A stretch of DNA of 62,459 nucleotides, the filler included, from Hausera hauseri (lineage: Eukaryota): the NCBI GenBank assembly GCA_046269625.1. It is 10 parts of 10 records of this genome, joined end to end, with 100 filler letters (N's around TTAATTAATTAA, not from the genome) between each part and the next. Parts side by side here need not be neighbours in the genome. Positions count along the whole stretch, not along the records: positions 1 to 9,264 come from JBJURY010414366.1; positions 9,365 to 13,518 come from JBJURY010731656.1; 8 more parts are not named here. One strand, written 5' to 3'. Position numbers and translations under genes: made by a program. Of this stretch, positions 1 to 12,399 are shown one piece after another. The notes under the pieces were generated by a model. That model did not search any database. It was given only the letters and a program-made list of their open reading frames with translations, and was not told where the DNA came from. How positions within the stretch are numbered: position 1 is the first letter of the stretch; each line of letters starts with the position of its first letter.

Positions 1-226
1 TATACTACTTAAATGTACCAAAATAGTTGTTAAGGACCTATTTAAAAAATTAAGAATCACACTGTTCGTCCTTTACTTGATCCAATATCTTTATTATAGA
101 ATTTCATAACCTTAATTAATAATTAAAACCGAAATCTCGTTTAAACACCAATACAGTTAATAAAAAACAAATAAGACATGAAAAAATTACTTTTTATATT
201 TATATCGATGAATCATTGTAATTATG

Positions 227-1657
227 TTAATCTGATTTTGTACGCTTTGCTGATGGTTCAACAGTTGGATTTGCACAATTCTCATTTTTCTTTGAATCAG
301 TTGTGAGGTATTCTTTGTCCGTTAATTGTTTTGCATTTTCTCGAATCCTGCGTCTATAATCACGCGAATTTTGTCTTCGTTTTTCAAGTTGTTCTTCGGT
401 AAAAGTTTGTTTACGTTTCCGAGTACGTTTAATTTTACCTTGTCTTTTTTCTCTTGCTTGACGCTTCTTATATAATTCACGTTTTTGTTCTTTTGTCATA
501 TTTTTTCGACGTTTACGAGAACTTTCAGCGTTAGCTTGTCTTCTTTTTGCAGCCTGTTCTTCTGTTTGAGTTTCTTTACGCCACTGATAATACTTGCGGT
601 TTTCAACTCTTTTCTTTTCCTTATAGTCTTCCGTTTCATTTGCATTACGTATCTTCCTATATTTCCGCTTTTGTTCTTTGTGTTGTGTAAGATGCTCTTC
701 TGTCCATATTCTTTGACGTTTACGCGAGCATTCGGTATTAACCTGTCTTACTTTTGCTACCTGTCCTTCTGTTTGAGTTTTCCTACGCCTAGGGTAATAC
801 TTACCGTCTGCATTTCTCGTCTCTTCTATATCGTCTTTTGTTTCATTTTCTTCATATTTTTTATAATAATCACGCTCTTGTTTACGTTGTTCCTTTGTCA
901 TTTTAAGTCGCATTTTCTGATATTTTTTCGATATGTCTTGCGTCATTTTAGCTTTTAATTTTGCTCTAAATTTAAGATTGTACTCCCTTTGTTTCAACTT
1001 TCTCTTTTCACGTTTTATGCGTAAAAAATGTTCTTTAACTTCCAGACGACATTTACGTATCTCTTCTTTATTCCTTTCAATTTGTTCAACTCTAATACGT
1101 TTTCTGCGTTCAATACTTTTAATTTGATTCTGCTGTTCTATCTGTTTGACTTTGAGGTTTTCTTGATATTTCAATATATAATCACGAAGGGCTGTCTTTT
1201 GCTTTACAAGTACTTCTGATGAAATTCTAGGTTTCTTGTACAGATGTTCTGTTTGGGTTTGATTTTTCAAAATGTTTTGAGTTATAATCACTTGAGATTG
1301 AACTTTCTGTCCTAATTCTTCAGCATTATGGTATTCTTTTTGTTTGCGCTTATTTTGACGTTGAACCTGCTTTTCTTTTTCCTTTTGCTCTGAAATGAGT
1401 CTTTTCAATTTCTCATGTTTTGTTTCACAAGAAATTTGTTTTAAAATTTCCTTTTCCTTCGCTGAAGGATTATCTACAATACATTGTGCTTCTACATCAC
1501 ACTTTTCCATTTTTACAATTTCTACATCTTTCTCTTCTTCTTTCTTTGATATTGTTGCTGGTTCATAAAGTTTCGATCTCATATTTGCCAGTCTCTCTTG
1601 GAACTTTAAGCAAATTGCATTTAGTTTTTCTTTGTCTGTTATTATAATCATATCCAC
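227..1657 (-). CDS. Intronless basic/coiled-coil protein with 23-aa STPR-like repeats (putative DNA-binding)
   Basis: Intact 476-aa ORF. C-terminal half has consecutive 23-aa units (ETKDDIEETRNADGKYYPRRRKT, QTEGQVAKVRQVNTECSRKRQRI, WTEEHLTQHKEQKRKYRKIRNAN, ETEDYKEKKRVENRKYYQWRKET, QTEEQAAKRRQANAESSRKRRKN) matching the xTxEQ...RR STPR pattern. Confidence 0.65.
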   Translation of the reverse strand: MDMIIITDKEKLNAICLKFQERLANMRSKLYEPATISKKEEEKDVEIVKMEKCDVEAQCIVDNPSAKEKEILKQISCETKHEKLKRLISEQKEKEKQVQRQNKRKQKEYHNAEELGQKVQSQVIITQNILKNQTQTEHLYKKPRISSEVLVKQKTALRDYILKYQENLKVKQIEQQNQIKSIERRKRIRVEQIERNKEEIRKCRLEVKEHFLRIKREKRKLKQREYNLKFRAKLKAKMTQDISKKYQKMRLKMTKEQRKQERDYYKKYEENETKDDIEETRNADGKYYPRRRKTQTEGQVAKVRQVNTECSRKRQRIWTEEHLTQHKEQKRKYRKIRNANETEDYKEKKRVENRKYYQWRKETQTEEQAAKRRQANAESSRKRRKNMTKEQKRELYKKRQAREKRQGKIKRTRKRKQTFTEEQLEKRRQNSRDYRRRIRENAKQLTDKEYLTTDSKKNENCANPTVEPSAKRTKSD

Positions 1658-2601
1658 TAACTTAGAAAATTTGGTCTAAACATACTTGGGAACTAAATAT
1701 GAATTAAAATATTTTGTTAATATTTTTTATTTAAATTTATATTGGATTAAAATTTAAATAATTTATTGAGGAATTTAAAGTACAAAAAACGATAAATTTC
1801 TAAGCAAAACGAAAACAAATATTGGCGCTATTGTGGGTTCTTGGGTGCCCATGGGTACTAATATAAACATTTTGTGATATCCTTGGAGGTAAAATAGCAT
1901 ATTCTTGAATTTTGCATGTATGTTTTTAAAATAATTTTCGAATAGTCCCGGTTAGTCCAGAAGGTACTGTCCATATAAATTTGAAATTATTTACTCGAGA
2001 TTATACAAACATTTGAATTGTTTACAAAAATTTGAAATATAAGAAACTTCATATTGGGAACCGTTTATGTAAAAACTACCATATACGAAAAGTAACATAT
2101 ATTGAAGCCATATGTATACAAGGAGTTTTATTATTATGTAATGAAACTAGCATTACGTAAACCCCTTTTGCAAAGATCGTGGGCACGCCACTGATCACGG
2201 TAATTATGGCCACAACGTCGAACAAAACTATATGACGTTGTCGGTGGAGATTTAACATATGAGCCACTTGGATACAGAAGTGCGAAAATAAAAATTTTTT
2301 TCAAGGAACAAGGAAAAATATGGAATTATTGACCCAGTATGGAAACTCTCAGAAATTCGCTACAACTATCAATAATATATTTAAATTTGTATTATTATAT
2401 ATTGTATATATTATTATAAATTTGTATAATTAGAAATAAATGTTGTATTNNNNNNNNNNGACCCAGTATGGAAACTCTCAGAAATCTTATTTTCTTTCTT
2501 AGGTTTTATAAGGCGCCTTAACATGTAGTATTATTGTATTAATTTACTACTTGAGCATTTTGCTGAATAAACATAATTTATATAAAATATTAGCAAAAGC
2601 A

Positions 2602-3183
2602 ATGGAATTAAATAATATTAAAAATTGTCAAGTGGTAGGCCCGGGTGATAGTAGGAAGACTCATTTCGTATGTAAATTATTGCAGAATCAAGATAAATTT
2701 AAAAGTAAATTTAATCACATATATTGGCATCAAGGTGGTGGTGAAAACGGATTGACGAAGACTGAATTTTGTAAATTAAAAGATATGAAGTATTAAATAG
2801 ATTTTAAAAAAATTGGTGCAGTCGCCTTAGAAATAAAGATGAAATAGTAATTGATTTTTTTTAATGAAGCCGATAAGGAAACAGTAATTTTCGTTACACA
2901 AAACCTATTTTATCAAGCTGAACATTATAGATCGCGTAATCTGAATGCACATTATTTAGTTTTATTTAAAAATATTCGTGATCAAACTGTAATATATTTT
3001 GTTGCTCGTAGAGGTATACGCACATAATAAAAATGTTTAGTCTATTCATTTCACGATTCTACGAAAATGCTCATGAATATATGGATATATTTTTATTGAT
3101 TTTACTCAACAATGTCCAGATAGTGAACGCGTAAAAATCGATATATTCAACGCGGAAAATATAATTTCATATAAACAGCTTAA
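2602..3183 (+). pseudogene. Polinton/adintovirus packaging ATPase (A32/FtsK-like), decayed copy 1
   Basis: Degenerate Walker A VVGPGDSRKT-HFVCKLL, then TVIFVTQNLF..RSRNLNAHYLVLFKNIRDQ at ~2881-2990; stops and frameshifts; homologous to 8445-9091. Confidence 0.85.
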
Positions 3184-3889
3184 TGGCATAAACAAAAGTA
3201 AATGAAAGAAATATTCTGTAAAATGAATTTCAAAATGTTATACTTAACCAAAGTTTCATACCGACTGTACAGGAAAATGGCGAATTTTACAGCAAACAGA
3301 ATTGTAACTATTACAATGTATGTACAGTTTATTGGTTTTTATTGTTTTAAAGTTAAATTTATTGTTTTGTATTGTTTGAAATTTAAATTAAATCAAATTT
3401 AAATTGGCAAATAAAACTCTAATTTTAAATTGTCGTTATATTGTGTTGTATTATTGTTTCAGATCAACATTTTTATTTTATTTTTATAGAAACCACGAAG
3501 GACCACTTACGTTTTCTGATCGAAACTTTACGCATATGTGGTTATAAAGTGACTAGAATACATGATGTCATGGACGAAGTGTTGCCTGTGCGAAATTTAA
3601 GAAATGGGCAGAGGTCTACAGATTGCTCAAAGCACTTAAAATTATTAACTTTGATATACGAACTGCAATCAGTATGCAAATGCATTTTAATGCTACACTG
3701 TATCAATATAACATATCCCACAATTGATGGTATGGAATTTACAATGCACAAACCAAGTCTATACTTGACTTGTTTATACTTACACTACAAACGACATTTG
3801 ACAAATCTAAAGTCAGAATGTGATGATGATGATGATAGTGATGATGATGAATGTGATTGCACCGATAGAATCCAAAAGATCCAGGTTAC

Positions 3890-4740
3890 TTGAAAAAACA
3901 CTAAACAGTCCTGATGTTTACTCAGTCTTAGATTAAATGAATCTGAGTGACAGAAACTTTGCTATACTGGCAGCAGAAATAGCTAAATCCAGCAGGTAAT
4001 ACTTAAGTACAGTGACACTTTCACGGCAAACAATTCAACGTAAACCTTCAACTCACATGTCATGCATTGACAACTGTATACGTGGAGAATTCCAGAACAG
4101 TGACAAGCCACCTTTAGATGTTCACTGGGATGGCAAGCTTATGAGTGACACCACAACCACAAACATTTGTTCAGCAGACCAAAAATCCAATGTTGATAGG
4201 GTTGTCGTGGCTGTTAGTGTATACGAGGTCAGCAAAATACTTGGTATCACTAAAGCATCATCAGGAACCGGAGAGGCATAAGCAGGTGCTACCACCCAAT
4301 TGCTAAATCTCTGGGAAGTTGCTGATAACATTGTGGGCAAGTGTTTCGACACAACAGCCAGCAACACAGTGCACACAATGGCTCATGTGTTCTTCTCAAA
4401 CAGCAACTTGGCAAGAAGCTTCTGTACTTGACATACAGGCATCATGTTTATGAAGTAATTGTCGATGGGGTGTTCACCACATCGTTTGGACCGAGCAAAA
4501 GCACAAACATTACCATATTTTAATGCTTCCAGTCGTTTTGGTCTAATGTTGTTTAACAGATTTTCAATCCGTTAGAAGGTGCGCGTCTGTTATTGCCAGT
4601 CATGACACAACCGCGACAAGAAGTGGCCTCTTTCTTACAAAGCTACATATCATCAGATAATGCCTACATACCAAGAGTTGATTGCAGAGAACTTATCAAA
4701 TTGTACACACTAATTCTTGATGCCCCACGTGTCGCCAAAC
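3890..4740 (+). mobile_element. hAT-superfamily (hATm-like) DDE transposase remnant
   Basis: LD..NLSDR, VHWDGKL, VDRVVVAV, SGTGEA, CFDTTASN, LLYLTYRHHVYE (decayed CxxH-type motif) across frameshifts and stops. Confidence 0.7.
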
Positions 4741-4779
4741 AATGCATCTTTGTAAAACGTAGTTAAATCTTTGAGTATG

Positions 4780-5452
4780 GTGTAAAACACGAGTTCTGTG
4801 CGTTGCAATGGTTACAGGCATTTTGTTTTTCGAAGCCCATTAGGTGTCCCATTGATCACAGATTGTTCTACCTTTACACGACGTACGTATAATCGTGCCT
4901 CGGTAATTTTCAGTATGGGTTTTAGATTTGCAACTGCAGTTTTCAAACAAAAGACATTGTCGCTACGTTTAAGCTGAATCATGGTTCTAACATCGGATAG
5001 TAGGTATTTCGGCTGATCGAAAAGTCAAAGTACAGCGGTCCACACATTGTAAGCGCTTTTGATTCTGCTACGTATGGCTGACGGTTTGCTGCAATGGGGT
5101 TATATCTGATGGTTTTCGTCAAATGAGTTGTTTTCGTTTCTGCACTGTAATTCAGTGTTTCAATGAGTGCTTCGATACTGTATAGACTGGTGTTGCCTTC
5201 GATTTTGACGCTGTTTAGAGTCAGCGAAGCCTCTTGGAACAGTGTGAGGAATAGGTAATTGGTCAGTGTGACAGTGTATATTTCAGCGAGAACCTTTGAT
5301 GCATCTCTTTTAACAATGACTTTTATATACAGTAGCGTATCGTTCAAATTGAGATATTCATTGTTCGATGCCATAATGTTGAATTGAATGTCAATATTGA
5401 CGTCCGTTGAAACAGAATCAATGGGGTAAACTTCTCCAAATTCTTTGTACAA
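4780..5452 (-). pseudogene. Polinton major capsid protein (double jelly-roll), N-terminal part
   Basis: IQFNI...EYLNLNDTLLYIK, TNYLFLTLFQEASLTLN, YSIEALIETLNYSAETKTTHL; after a frameshift LKRSDNVFCL...ITEARLYVRRVKV; truncated next to the hAT remnant. Confidence 0.8.
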
Positions 5453-6047
5453 ATTTCCTTGTACTTTTGATTTTAAAAGTATTGACAGACATGTGATACA
5501 GAATTGATATATATAATGTTGACACCCTTTGTTCTGTGTAGGTAAATTTCACCGTTGTCTGGTAATGTACGAGACTTAATCTTGGAGCAACTCCATATGC
5601 ACTTTTAATATCCCTACCTTTGTACTCTGTATTTTTGAATCCAAATTTCTGCGCCATCTCAGAGGACATAAAGTCAACAGAAAATTCAAAATCTGTCTTA
5701 AAACGTAAGTTTTGATCTAAAATAAAAGCACCGATTTTGCTGAGTGAACCGTAATTTGCTTCGGTCGTACAAGTGGCCGATTCTCCAACTGTTATTTTAT
5801 TGTTAGTAAGTGTCAGAAAGCAAGAATGTGTTTTGGTTTCAGTAACAGTCTTGTTGTACGTTATTTTTGTACTACGTTTCAATGTCACCGGTGCATAAGG
5901 AAATTTAAATTCCGTCAGTGCAACCTCCAATTTACCAGATAAATCTAAACGATTGTTCCAATCTACAACGTATTCACTGGCTAAATTGTCCGGACGAATC
6001 GTTGGACAACTGTTGCTCGGCAACACCATGTAAATACTCATATTCAC
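5418..6047 (-). pseudogene. Polinton minor capsid (penton-like) protein, copy 2, C-terminally truncated
   Basis: N-terminus IYMVLPSNSC...PDNLASEY...LDLSGKLEVALTEFKFP matches the Polinton penton consensus (FYxTLPSN...WEVAL.EI.YP). Confidence 0.75.
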
Positions 6048-6080
6048 AACTATGTCAATGATTATTATGCAGTTTGTATA

Positions 6081-7145
6081 TTATCGATGTCAAAAACGTA
6101 ACGGCAAATGTGTAATTGTCCCAAACAGAAATTTAATAGGTTCCCAAAATTTATCAATCATATAAACGGAAATACTATACACAATATTGGGAGACAATGG
6201 TAAGTACATGGGTTTGAGCATATTAACTCGAACAATTTAATCCGATGTTATGTACGTGTCAGAATCTAGTTCGATAGAAGCCAGTAGTTGTTTACGTTCT
6301 CCACTAACAAGTACGGATTCGGTTAAGTCCGTTAAAATGTTGATTCTATGAAATGTTCCATAGAGTTGCGGTTTGTATTTGGCAATAATATATGGTATAG
6401 ATCGTCCAACAATGTTTTGATAGAATTTCGTTTTTAAAAACTCAGATTCCGAGCCAATAATTCCCCAAATGTAAAATGTGTTACAATGTCGTGTAGTGCA
6501 AGCTAAATATAATCATCTGCGTTTATTTGACATGTCTTTACAGCTAATGAAATTGTTTTCTTGACGTATTCACACAATTCCAGTTCCGTTTCCATTAATA
6601 AATTGTGTTGTATAATATATGGGCGGAAGATTGATTTTTACTTAGTCCACTTTACTATAATATCGGATTCCGCATAGGATGAAAGGTCCAATTTTTCACC
6701 AATTATATCATATCCACCTAGCCGTAGACGTTTTGAGTGTACATTGATTGATTGTAAGCCCCGTGTTTGAGCATCAGCTATAGAATTAAACTGCATTTCA
6801 ATGGGATTTCCATGTATTAATCTCATGCGGTAGTTTAAAATTAGCATAATCAGAGAAATGTTGTCGCGAATAATTACGAAGAGTATATCGGTTATTGTGT
6901 CGGATTGTACGCAAACGACTTGAAATAGGGTACTTTTCTTGCCCGGTACAGTAAATGCCACTGTTATATCGTAATGTCATTGGTGAAAATGTAAATGTCA
7001 ATTTCGTTAAAGCCACATCCCAGGCTCACTCGTATAAATCGGCCGGTTTGCCCAACTGCATGGTAAACTGTTTAGCGATATTGTCATTGTCCTCATATTG
7101 TGAAAATGATCTGTTACTATCAAGTACCAAGTAAATGCTACTCAT
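6081..7145 (-). pseudogene. Polinton minor capsid (penton-like) protein, copy 1
   Basis: Manual translation: MSSIYLVLDSN...DNIAKQFTMQL...WDVALTKLTF at the N-terminus; INILTDLTESVLVSG..KQLL and PMYLPL..IVYSISVYMIDKFWEPIKF...LRF at the C-terminus; stops and frameshifts. Confidence 0.72.
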
Positions 7146-7838
7146 TGAATCTGTTATGCAAAAATCCAAATCTGTACAGTGTACCCGTGTCACTTGACGA
7201 GATATGGTTTATTCGAATCTTTGCCACGTAGACGTAGAATTTCCTGAATACGATATATATCGGGGTTCTCGGGCAGTACCTGTAGTTCCTGCTTGTAGAA
7301 TTTACTGCGTATTTCCTCACCGTTTTTATCCTCTAAAACGTACATGACAGGTGTTTGTTTTGTGTTGACTGCCGAAATGCGGAAAACATTATCGCTCCAG
7401 TTCTGATTGTAATTTTTAATGAATGACGTCGCACAAAAGCACCGATTTTATATTTTGGGAGTTTAATTGCTCGTTGTCGGTTTTGATAGTCACATGTCTA
7501 AATTATCGATTACGTCAACCCGGTGAATTCCATTGATGCCACGGCATGTCGAATGATTGTAACACATCAATATATGTCAACACGTACCGATATTCATCGT
7601 TAATGCTGGCGTACGGAATCATTTCTATCAGATCCATTTGCCATACATTATTTATACCGGCAGCGCAGTATGAATGAGTTGGACACCGACTTCTTATCGG
7701 TTTGTTTAGGCTGTATGCTAACTGTTTCCCCAGCCAACGTTGGATTTGTTGCCGACTTTGTTTGACAGTCTTTGCCAATTTGTCGCCGCCATTATACCCG
7801 ACGGCATAACACGGATCGAAACACACGTCGCCCGCCAT
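7143..7838 (-). pseudogene. Polinton retroviral-like integrase with C-terminal chromodomain; most of the catalytic core deleted
   Basis: FDP..GYNGGDKL...WLGKQLAYSLNKP...WQMDLIEM..YRYVLTYID, then jumps to NWSDNVFRI...YVLED.NGEEI..KFYKQELQ and YRIQEIL..R..YLVK*HGY. Confidence 0.85.
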
Positions 7839-7992
7839 TTCTGTTTACATTGCAGAAATGAAACGTTAATGAAAGATTCATATACTTACCGTCATTGTTT
7901 ATACTATGCTGCAGAACCACTGAGTCCATCCAGTAATGACGTGACAGTCGGTAGAATTGCACCGTCATTTTGATGACACATGACCTCTCGTT

Positions 7993-8214
7993 TTAGTAGT
8001 TTAGAGCGTTAGCAAGGCCAATGAGTCGTTTCCGATACTTTAGTAAATTTCGCTTTCCACTACCAATGTCAACGTGACCCACAAAAATATTGTACAAAAG
8101 TTCCATCAAATCGTCTACTACGAATTGCGGGAATAATCGTAGAATGTTTCGCTTATGTTTCATATGCGCCTTGAGCAAAGCAATAAAGTACGGCTGACAA
8201 CGTTTCAATTGCAT
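7993..8214 (-). CDS. Conserved small Polinton protein (putative virion protein), 3' truncated
   Basis: KRNIL...VDDLMELLYNIFVGHVDI...LLKYRKRL resembles a small gene commonly found next to Polinton ATPase/integrase; position within module. Confidence 0.5.
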   Translation of the reverse strand: MQLKRCQPYFIALLKAHMKHKRNILRLFPQFVVDDLMELLYNIFVGHVDIGSGKRNLLKYRKRLIGLANALNY

Positions 8215-8246
8215 TTTTGGACGTATTGATGCTAAGACGTAGTTTT

Positions 8247-8429
8247 TTACAACCGTTGCCACTGAGATGGTAATTTCCATTTAATTGCTGCTGCTGTTGC
8301 TGCTGCTGTTTTTCGAAGCACATAATTGATTAATCGCGTGACTCTAGCGGCTCCTTTTAATACATGTTTATTGCCGGGCACCCTCCTGGTATATTTATGT
8401 TTAACAATTGTTTTTCGGACATTCTTCAT
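8247..8429 (-). CDS. Small basic protein (possible genome-condensing core protein)
   Basis: K/R-rich 60-aa ORF directly downstream of the ATPase, co-oriented; function inferred only from composition and position. Confidence 0.3.
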   Translation of the reverse strand: MKNVRKTIVKHKYTRRVPGNKHVLKGAARVTRLINYVLRKTAAATAAAIKWKLPSQWQRL

Positions 8430-8444
8430 TTTATAACTATCGTG

Positions 8445-9091
8445 TCATTTTTTGAATTTGTTTATAGGCACATATACCTTTCTGATTGAAAATGTCTGTT
8501 TGTCCACGCATGTCATCGGGCCACTGTTTTGTAAAGTAAAGAAACGGATATCCATGTGGTTGTTCGTAGAATAATAATATGTATCTCTCAAGTAGGCTCG
8601 TTTGTGATTAAATGCTTGTCGTACAACATAATCAATGAAAGTCTGATCACGAGGATTTTTGAGCAACACTAAATAGTGTACGTTTAGATTTCTTGTTTGA
8701 TTCTGTCCGCCCTGAAGGAACATGTTTTGCGTAATGAAAATAACCGTTACACCACGGTGTTATGCAATCTTCGTTAACAGATTGTTGAATTCCGATTGTT
8801 TCGCGGCTTCCTAAAATAAATCGTCAATGGCAATAAGATCACCGTTACGTAATCTCTGAGACCAGTTTTCATCAAACCAATCAATTACCGTTACGATTTC
8901 AAGTTACAAAATTCCCGATATGTCAAACCGGACTCACTATCATCACCAATTCCCTGATGCCAGTAAATATGATTGTACCGCGGTGAATGGAACATGTTAC
9001 GGTAGTTCTGCAATAGTTTACACACAAAGTGTGTTTGACCCGTTGCCCTGGGACCTAAAATCTGTAAAATTGCGTCATTGTGCAGTTTCAT
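8445..9091 (-). pseudogene. Polinton packaging ATPase, decayed copy 2
   Basis: ILGPRATGQTHFVCKLL (Walker A), LIAIDD (Walker B, ~8820), VIFITQNMF..RNLNVHYLVLLKNPRD. Confidence 0.88.
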
Positions 9092-9906
9092 CTAATTAAT
9101 AATACAACCTTTACTCACATGATTTGTTTAAAATCGTGTTACACATATAAATAACTATAATATAAACTCTGTTTCCATAATTTGAGCTAATATCAACTAT
9201 CGCGGATATGTTACAGAGTGTCACATTAACAGACTACCTTTTAATCAATAAAAGCCGAGGCAGTNNNNNNNNNNNNNNNNNNNNNNNNNNNNNNNNNNNN
9301 NNNNNNNNTTAATTAATTAANNNNNNNNNNNNNNNNNNNNNNNNNNNNNNNNNNNNNNNNNNNNTACTGCTTGCGATAATAATTTGTGTCTTAAATTACA
9401 AATTCTAATATTATCTATGTATTTTAAGTTGATTTTACCTTCAGGTAGTCTAATCGTCTTTAAGAGATGATGTGAAACTATATGAGAGATTTTAGAACAA
9501 TGAAATGAAAATAACCTTTTATTTCACAACTGGCTGCAAGAAAAAACAAATCACAACTGAATTCAAAAGTATAGTCAATAAGATTGTAGATAGCGTTCTA
9601 ATCGACTCTAAAGGCGCTGATAGTTCTGATCCGCTATGTATGAAGCCTGCTTATATAGCAGCAGGTCCGGAATTCGTTAAGTTTATTTACAATTTCTTTT
9701 AAAAATATCTTCAAATTTTCAGTATTATAATTCGTTCGTAACCATTTCTATAATTATCATACATTCTAACAGCTATCAATTTATAAATAAAATCCATAAT
9801 ATTTACAATTCGGTTGCTTATTTCCGAAATAATGATTAAATAATGGTATATTTATAACCAATAGCTCCGCGTTTCACAATATCCTGTATGATTGTGGTTC
9901 AGTATA

Positions 9907-12259
9907 TTACATCTCTCCTCCCTGAGCGGCATCCTCGAAGGAGCCTATTGCATCAGATGTTCTAGGTTGTCGTAATAGGTTTAATCTTTGTCTCAAATCA
10001 GTATCCTCCTCTGGCCGGTTCCGGTTGCTCATAGGGTTTGTTTCCAAATCATAACTATAATGGGGTTTGATACGAACGACTCTGGTATAGTTTCCATCTG
10101 AGTAGTATTTTAGGTCTGTCGCTACTGCCCGACGTACTGGACATGTCGTTTTTCCATTTTCGAGTGTCCACTTCTCCAGACAATCAGGACATTATTTGAG
10201 GTGGCAGACTTTGTTATCCAATATTACATAACCTTTCCTCATATTGGCGTCACACACAGGACATTCATTATCTTCTTTGTCCCAATTGCCTCTATCCAAG
10301 TCCACCTGGATTGTTAATTCAATCGGTTCGAATACCAGACCATCTCCGTCTTGATACAGGTATCCATGGATTGCCTTTTGTTTAGGATTAACTGAACTTT
10401 TCCGTGCGTCACAATTTACTTGAATTAACGTCCAATCTGCCATAAAGTCTCGATCTAAATCGGGAACTTTTCCTTCTATTCGATATTTCTGATATTGTTT
10501 TTTCAGTAGTATCCGGATTTGCTTATCTACTGGAAGTATTATCTTCCCTGTCCTTCTTGAGCGAAAAACCGATGTGAGATAATTTCCTAATTTGGGATTT
10601 TACGAGATATACGTATTTTCGAAAACTTCTCTTATCGAGCCGACCTTTATATAAAACATAGCCTTTTTCGGCGAGTTCTGGGTGGTTTTGCAATGGACAT
10701 TTTCTCCAATCTTGTTTTTAAGAAGGACATTAATCTCGGTTATCATAGGCTCGACGGTTTTTTGAACTGTTTGGGAAGTACTAGGCTGGGCCTCGTCTTC
10801 AAGCTTTTCTTCCTTTCTTTTTCGTTTGAATATTTAGTTCTAGATAGACGGTATCTTCTTTTGTTGGGGTTTCTCTTCTAGTTTTTGTTCTTTTCGTGGT
10901 GTTTTCAGTTTTCGATTCGTTTTGGGGTTTTCGTATCTTAAGTATTTCTTGATTTCATATCTATTTCCGCTTCTTTTCGTGTTCTCGTAATACCTGTTTC
11001 TTGAGCTTCTTGGGGTTTTTGGGAACTATACTAAACTTTTGTTGGTCTATCTCTCGTGTGACCTTCTCTGGAGAATAGGGTATAATCCTTTTCCCGTACT
11101 TCATATTTAGATTCTCGGGTATCAGCGAGCTACATGGATTGTGAATAGGATCCTCGGGGGTCCGTTCATGTTCCCATTTCAGTTGCCTACAAATCCCTTG
11201 TAAGTAGTGGGAACATTGACTATCAGTTAGACATCTGTCAATTCTATCCGTGTTCTGGGTCACTGCCTCTATTGTCAATTTCAAGAAGGCTTCTGGGGCT
11301 GTCGGTCGTGGGCGATTTCTTCTTTGTAGGGTTTTCTCCATTTAGTCCTGAACTACTGGATGGGTAGCTATTTCTCTGACTCCAGCAATATTTGTATTAG
11401 TCAATTCTGATAATTCTATGGATCGTTAAACATTATATCCTGCTAGCACACATCCATAAAGACAGTGTTCTAACTCTAAACGAACCTTTTTGATATTTCT
11501 TCCTCTTATTAGTTGGTCCTCTTTTAGGCCTGTTACTTCTGCATAAGATTCCTGGACCCGTTTTCTGGGGTTTATCGTTGTGGCGTATATTTCGTATCCA
11601 CCTCTTTCTCTTATGCATATTTCTATGAGAATTTCGTAACCATCATCTCCTCTTCCGCAATTTGTCGCAATAATCTTTGCGTTTTGACCGTCTTTTACTA
11701 ATCTGTATGACTGGCGATGTATGTCTTTTTCGATTTCAGACGGAACTTGTTTAAATTTTAAATACGGAATTGGTAGGTCATAGTTTTCTTTATATACCAC
11801 CTCTATCATCAATTTAACAAGAATAGCGGCTACTCAAAATTCTAGGCTATGGTTAATTCGCTGTAGACCTTGGCTGTTTATTTTGAATGTACTAAATCGG
11901 TACTGGTGCTCTTCATTGCAGTTCCAAGGTTGCTCTTCTATTCTGTAATGTATTTCTCCATCAGCCAGATGGATGAATATATCTTCCGCTTTAGTGTTTC
12001 TATTCCGGATCAGTTCTTTAAGGCAATGTGACTTAGCATGATTATTTTCGCGCATTGCATATAGAAAAACCACGCTATTCTCTTCTGTAATGCCTTTTAA
12101 ATCATTTGGTATCTCGTTTACTTTCAAGTATTCGACGGACTTTTTTGTTTGTAGCGCATCATTTATTCTACTGTATATCGCTTTCGTCTTGGGGGTGAAG
12201 ACTGTTGCGTATTCTTCTAAGTATTCGTCGACACTAACTCGGCTGATCGTATTTACCAT
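9907..12259 (-). pseudogene. Accessory protein: inactive DEDDh (ISG20/REX4-like) exonuclease fold + C-terminal C3HC4 RING, decayed
   Basis: IEICIRERGGYEIYATTINPRKRVQESYAEVTGL...VLAGYN; CPVC...CHLK*CPDC...CPVR; frame ends QGGEM* across the PPT; many stops and frameshifts. Confidence 0.7.
9912..9923 (-). promoter_or_regulatory. Polypurine tract preceding the 3' LTR (LTR begins TGTAAT at 9911)
   Basis: Minus strand AGGGAGGAGAGA followed by TG; nearly identical to 59192-59203. Confidence 0.8.
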
Positions 12260-12399
12260 TCTGAAGAAAATTATGAAATAAAGATCAGTCCTATAACAAA
12301 GTATCGTTCTAAATTTGAAACAATTTTTGTTAGATGGTGGAATAACCTAACCTGTAATTGTCAAGTTACTCCATCATTGATTCTATCCTGCGGTACCAC

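Larger units (their letters stand above)
4780..9091 (-). mobile_element. Decayed Polinton/Maverick (adintovirus-like) morphogenetic and integration module
   Basis: Co-oriented, tightly packed order: ATPase, small basic ORF, small conserved ORF, integrase, penton, penton, major capsid. Confidence 0.9.

Noticed and set aside
485-958. Hydrophobic F/L-rich ORF resembling a membrane protein
   Set aside because: Antisense of the K/R/E-rich 227-1657 ORF
2331-2485. Direct repeat GACCCAGTATGGAAACTCTCAGAAAT on both sides of a 10-N gap
   Set aside because: Most likely a scaffolding overlap or collapsed repeat; not interpretable as a target-site duplication
9265-9364. Recurrent TTAATTAATTAA palindrome within N runs (9 times)
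   Set aside because: Artificial contig linker with stops in all frames; ORFs ending in X...LIN are artefacts
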